Shown: piece by piece, positions 34,985 through 38,617 of the stretch
Layout: the number at the start of each line of letters is the position of its first letter
Numbering within the stretch: the first letter of the stretch is position 1
Position numbers and translations under genes: made by a program
Source: an uncultured Cytophagia bacterium
GTDB taxonomy: Bacteria > Zhuqueibacterota > Zhuqueibacteria > Oleimicrobiales > Geothermoviventaceae
Direction: 5' to 3'
Assembly (NCBI GenBank): GCA_964464205.1
Contig: CAYXFI010000003.1
Span: 1 to 38,617 of the forward strand
Length of the DNA: 38,617 nucleotides
Notes under the pieces: generated by a model
What the model saw: the letters and a program-made list of their open reading frames with translations, nothing else
What the model was told of the DNA's origin: nothing
Databases searched by the model: none

Positions 34985-36652
34985 ATGTTCGGACTCGCTC
35001 TGGTCGACGTGGCCGTCCTGTTCGTGTACCTCACGGCCATCACCGCGCTGGGCATCGCTACAGCCCGGGGTGTACGTTCTCTGGGTGATTACCTCATGGG
35101 CGGACGTCGCTTCGGGAAGACGTTCCTGGTGATGCACTCCTTCGGCACAGGAACCCACACCGACCAGCCGGTGGCGGTCACTGGCGCGGCCTACGAGATC
35201 GGCCTGGCGGGTATCTGGTACCAGTGGCTGTGGCTGTTCGCCACCCCCTTCTACTGGCTCATCGCCCCGATCTTCCGGCGCTTCCGCTACCTCACCATGG
35301 GAGACTTCTTCGCGCAACGGTACGGCACTTCGCTGGAAGTCTTCTACGCTCTCGTGAGCATGCTGGTGCTCATGCTGCAAATGGGCCTGATGCTCCAGGG
35401 AATGGGTCGCACGGTAGAGGGCCTTACGGGCGGTTGCCTGCCGATGCAGGACGTCGTCATCGTGACGGCCCTGCTGTTCACACTGTACTCCTTCGCGGGC
35501 GGACTGGTAGCGGCCGTCGTCACCGACTTCATCCAGGGGTTCTTCATCATCCTGCTGTCGTTCCTCATCCTTCCTTTGGCCTACGCCAAACTTGGCGGGT
35601 TGCACGCACTGCAGAGCGAAATCGGTCCGGAAATGTTCAGCCTGGTGGCACCCCGGGAGGTGACCCTCTTCTACGTGGTGACGGTCGTGATCAATGCCCT
35701 GATCGGGGTGCCGGTGCAACCCCATTCGCTGGCCCTCGGAGGGGCGGGCCGGAATGAGCTGGACGCCCGCGTTGGCCTCACGTACGGGAACTTTCTGAAG
35801 CGGCTCTGCACCCTCGGCTGGGCACTCACGGGGCTCTACGCCATCGCCCTCTACCCGGGTCTCTCGCATCGGGAGCTGGCCTTCGGCCACATCGCGAGGA
35901 ATTTGCTCCCCACAGGTCTGGTAGGCCTCATGCTGGCGGCCGTCTTTGCGGCGGTGATGTCCACGTGCGATTCCATCACCGTGGCGGGATCGGGACTATT
36001 CACGCACAATCTGTACCGGAAATTCCTGGTCAAACGCAGGACGGAGAAGCACTATCTGACGGTGGGCCGTGTGGCCGGGATTTTCCTCGCCCTCGGCGGG
36101 GTGCTCTTCGCCCTCGTCTTCCCAAGCGTCGTCTCGATGCTGGAGTACTTCTGGAAGGTGACGGCCTTTCTGGGAATCGCCTTCTGGGGTGGTTTGTTGT
36201 GGCCCCGGGCCAATCGCACCGGGGCATGGGCGAGCGCACTGGTGGCAGCGGCCGTGGCCTTCTACCTCGAGATCCACGGCGGCTACGGGCTGGCGGTCCA
36301 GATTGCGCTGTACTTGCCCGCAGGGATCCTGGCCCTGGTACTAGGTAGCCTCCTCACTCGTCCGGAACCTGAGGAAAGACTTCGGGCATTCTACGCCACC
36401 ATCGCCGCGCCGGTGGGCAGCGAGGAAGAACTGAGCAAGTCCGGCGTCGGTGTGGTGTACAGCGGCAGGGCGCCTCGCTCCACCAGCGCCGACCGGCTGG
36501 TGCTGGCCGACATCCCCCTGGGACGTAAGATTTCCTGGCGAACCCACCGGACCGATCTCCTCGGCTTCCTGGTCGCCTGGGCTGTGGTCTTGGTCCTGTT
36601 GGGCTGCACGTATCTACTCTCTGCGATCGGCCGGGGCACGCTGTTTCGGTGA
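34985..36652 (+). CDS. Sodium:solute symporter (SSS) family protein
   Basis: Multi-TM protein with DYLMGGR, YSFAGGLVAAVVTDFIQG, GLMLAAVFAAVMST and LWPRANRTGA. Confidence 0.93.
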   Translation: MFGLALVDVAVLFVYLTAITALGIATARGVRSLGDYLMGGRRFGKTFLVMHSFGTGTHTDQPVAVTGAAYEIGLAGIWYQWLWLFATPFYWLIAPIFRRFRYLTMGDFFAQRYGTSLEVFYALVSMLVLMLQMGLMLQGMGRTVEGLTGGCLPMQDVVIVTALLFTLYSFAGGLVAAVVTDFIQGFFIILLSFLILPLAYAKLGGLHALQSEIGPEMFSLVAPREVTLFYVVTVVINALIGVPVQPHSLALGGAGRNELDARVGLTYGNFLKRLCTLGWALTGLYAIALYPGLSHRELAFGHIARNLLPTGLVGLMLAAVFAAVMSTCDSITVAGSGLFTHNLYRKFLVKRRTEKHYLTVGRVAGIFLALGGVLFALVFPSVVSMLEYFWKVTAFLGIAFWGGLLWPRANRTGAWASALVAAAVAFYLEIHGGYGLAVQIALYLPAGILALVLGSLLTRPEPEERLRAFYATIAAPVGSEEELSKSGVGVVYSGRAPRSTSADRLVLADIPLGRKISWRTHRTDLLGFLVAWAVVLVLLGCTYLLSAIGRGTLFR

Positions 36653-36721
36653 GTCTGGCTCCAACAGCGCTCGAAATTGGACGTTCCTCGCACTGCGGGC
36701 TCGTTTCGAGGCAGGAATCGG

Positions 36722-36750
36722 TTGCATCTGCCAGAACGATTGGTTACATT
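36722..36750 (+). promoter_or_regulatory. Sigma-70-like promoter for the lipoprotein gene
   Basis: TTGCAT-N17-TACATT, ~115 nt upstream of ATG 36867. Confidence 0.45.
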
Positions 36751-36866
36751 GGCCCGTGGTAAGTTTGGTAGCTCGCGTCGCTTTCCCTCCCCACGCGTTT
36801 CCTGCCAGGCTTATCCGCATCGTGCAAATCCCCATAAGGCCGTTTGAAGAACCAAGAGGACCCAAG

Positions 36867-37760
36867 ATGAAAAAGCTTCTCCTGCTGTTCGTAGCGGCCG
36901 CTCTTGTGGCGGGTTGCAGCAAGAGCGACGAGAAAGTGCTCGCGCGTGTGGGCGACGTGGAGATCACCCAGGAACAGTTCGATGCGGAGCTCGCCAAGGT
37001 ACCCCCTCAGCAGAGGGAACAGTTCACCAAGGACAAAGAGGCCTTCCTTGAAGAACTGATCGTGCGCGAGGTGGTGCGTCAGGAAGCTGAGAAGCAGTAC
37101 GGGCCGCTGGACTCCGCCGAGGTGGCCATGCAGAGCGACACCGCGAAGACAATGAACCCGGCGTGGTTCAAGAAGATGAATCAACTGGTGCGCAGCGTGG
37201 CCGATACCGTGTCGGTGAGCTTGGAGGAGGCCAGACAATTCTACTACGAACATCAGGACCAGATGGGAGGCCGGGCCTTCGGGGAGATCGCCCCGATGAT
37301 CCAGGCTTACCTCAAACAGGCCAAGCAGCAACAGACCATCAACGCTTACATCGATACTCTCCGCAATCACGCCCAGATCTGGCGCAACGAGCAGGTGATT
37401 GCCAAGTGGGACGCCGCGCTGGAGAATCCCGTGCGCGACGCCCTGGCCCACGGGAAACCCGTCGCCGCAGTGTTCGCTGTGAGCGGCTACCAAAACACAA
37501 TGGACCTGTGGACCAGCATGCAGAGTGTCGCGGCGGACTCCTCGGTAGGATTTGAGCCCGTCCTGGTAGATCTGCGTGACCTGGGGTACCTCGGGCGCAA
37601 GTACAAGATTCAACAGGTACCCACCCTCATCCTGTTCGACGCCGAAGGGAACGAGCTGTCGCGCCAAGTGGGCGTGCAGTCGGAGGAGAAGCTCCGCGCC
37701 AGTTTGGTGACCGCGGGTTTCCTGCCGGGCGAGACGGGGACCGACACGGCCGGGCAATAG
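36867..37760 (+). CDS. Lipoprotein with PrsA/SurA-like chaperone domain fused to a C-terminal thioredoxin-like domain
   Basis: MKKLLLL...LVAGC lipobox, VLARVGDVEITQEQF...LEELIVREVVRQEA, VSLEEARQFY, and C-terminal GKPV...YKIQQVPTLILFDAEGNELSRQVG. SD GAGGA. Confidence 0.8.
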   Translation: MKKLLLLFVAAALVAGCSKSDEKVLARVGDVEITQEQFDAELAKVPPQQREQFTKDKEAFLEELIVREVVRQEAEKQYGPLDSAEVAMQSDTAKTMNPAWFKKMNQLVRSVADTVSVSLEEARQFYYEHQDQMGGRAFGEIAPMIQAYLKQAKQQQTINAYIDTLRNHAQIWRNEQVIAKWDAALENPVRDALAHGKPVAAVFAVSGYQNTMDLWTSMQSVAADSSVGFEPVLVDLRDLGYLGRKYKIQQVPTLILFDAEGNELSRQVGVQSEEKLRASLVTAGFLPGETGTDTAGQ

Positions 37761-38241
37761 ATCGAGCTCGGGACTGAGACAGGAACACTCACGGGCTTGC
37801 CAATCCGCTGGGAGCGCAGGCCCGCCGCGCAGCGGACCAACTTCGGGACGACACTGCTCAGTGAGTACGGGACGGCCCTTCCGTCGGTGGACAGTTGACG
37901 GGAGCTTCCGGCTCGTCGCCGGCGATGGGTTGGATCTACGGACTCGAGGGTATTCCGCGGCCAGACTCGCGTTCTCAGCGTTTCGCAGCGGCTGGGAGTC
38001 GGGGCGCGATACCGAGCTAGCCGGCGGATGGGGCCGGAAACAGTGCCTCCCGGCGGCGCGTCGTAGGCTGCGGCGCCTGTGCCGCTCGTATTTCTCAAGT
38101 GGACGGCACACTTGTGCCAACCGGTGGATCGTGGCGACGCTCGTGTGCGTTCCAATGACTGGCGCATCCGATGCCGGGCTGTACAGCCTCAGAGACTTGG
38201 GCACAAGCCAGCGAGGGGGCGAGGAGAGCGCGTTTTTGAAC

Positions 38242-38270
38242 TTGACTTTTTCGGGGTCGGGGGGTAAATT
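38242..38270 (+). promoter_or_regulatory. Sigma-70 promoter of tRNA-Leu
   Basis: TTGACT-N17-TAAATT, ending 11 nt before the tRNA. Confidence 0.75.
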
Positions 38271-38281
38271 TGAACGAGTTC

Positions 38282-38366
38282 GCCGAGGTGGTGGAACTGG
38301 TAGACGCGCTGCGTTCAGGGCGCAGTGGGCTTTACGCCCGTGGGGGTTCGAATCCCCCCCTCGGCA
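38282..38366 (+). tRNA. tRNA-Leu(CAG)
   Basis: Acceptor stem GCCGAGG/CCTCGGC, D-loop GGAACTGGTAGAC, anticodon arm CTGCG-TTCAGGG-CGCAG, long variable arm, GGTTCGAATCC T-arm. CCA is not encoded. Confidence 0.97.
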
Positions 38367-38371
38367 CGACG

Positions 38372-38404
38372 AAAAAGAGCCAGACCCAGACGGGTCTGGC
38401 TCTT
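38372..38404. terminator. Intrinsic terminator between the tRNA and the convergent gene
   Basis: 13-bp perfect stem AAGAGCCAGACCC/GGGTCTGGCTCTT with an AGAC loop. The A-run on the left gives a U-tail on the minus strand. Confidence 0.8.
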
Positions 38405-38519
38405 CGCATTTGGACTGGCAGGCACACTTGCCCCGAACGTCGCGACTGCCAGCCTTCTCCACTCCAGCCGTCAGTAGCTTCTCTGTCCGTCCCTCGCCTG
38501 AATGGACCGCTTTGCTTCC

Positions 38520-38617
38520 TCAATCCCGAATCCGGTCAACGGCTTCCTTGCTTCCCAAGACCAGAATGCTGTCGCCGAAGCGGAATCGGTAGTCCGGCTT
38601 CGGAGCCAGTACTTTCA
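38520..38617 (-). CDS. 3' end of a TrkA-C (RCK_C) domain protein, probably a potassium uptake regulator (partial)
   Basis: Manual translation ...KVLAPKPDYRFRFGDSILVLGSKEAVDRIRD* matches the P-x-P-D...GD-x-I-x-V-x-G pattern of RCK_C. Confidence 0.65.
   Translation of the reverse strand, partial: KVLAPKPDYRFRFGDSILVLGSKEAVDRIRD

Noticed and set aside
28600-38366. tRNA-integrated genomic island
   Set aside because: No integrase and no duplicated tRNA 3' end were found, and the region lies on the 5' side of the tRNA.
36744-38462. 572-aa minus-strand ORF
   Set aside because: Runs antisense across the lipoprotein gene and the tRNA, so it is a shadow ORF.

Overview
GC-rich bacterial chromosomal window in three parts. 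(1) 1-16201, minus strand: a Wzx/Wzy-type exopolysaccharide operon. It encodes a Wza-like export lipoprotein, a GumC/Wzz-like co-polymerase, a CpsD/CapB-like kinase with a degenerate Walker A, four GT4 glycosyltransferases (one truncated by the window edge), an O-antigen ligase/polymerase-like protein, an AsnB-like amidoligase lacking the glutaminase Cys, a flippase, a polysaccharide deacetylase and two CelD/BcsL-type GNAT proteins. A sigma-54-type promoter and enhancer-like sites precede it. (2) 16838-28270, housekeeping: purL (with fused PurS-like domains), purQ, a plsC-like/GT4/Crp-Fnr operon, a UroD/MtaA-family protein, pgk and maeB. (3) 28600-38617, a patchy accessory region. It holds a ~0.9 kb non-coding cluster of ~30-nt palindromic REP-like repeats, a chimeric cytochrome b / multiheme cytochrome c pseudogene, a pair of inverted hairpin repeats and an orphan inactive M16 peptidase. 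These are followed by a membrane-anchored reductive-dehalogenase-like protein, a sodium:solute symporter, a PrsA/SurA-like lipoprotein fused to a CxxC-less thioredoxin fold, tRNA-Leu(CAG) and the 3' end of a TrkA-C domain gene. No cas genes, transposase or integrase were seen. All functional calls come from reading motifs by eye; no database searches were run.
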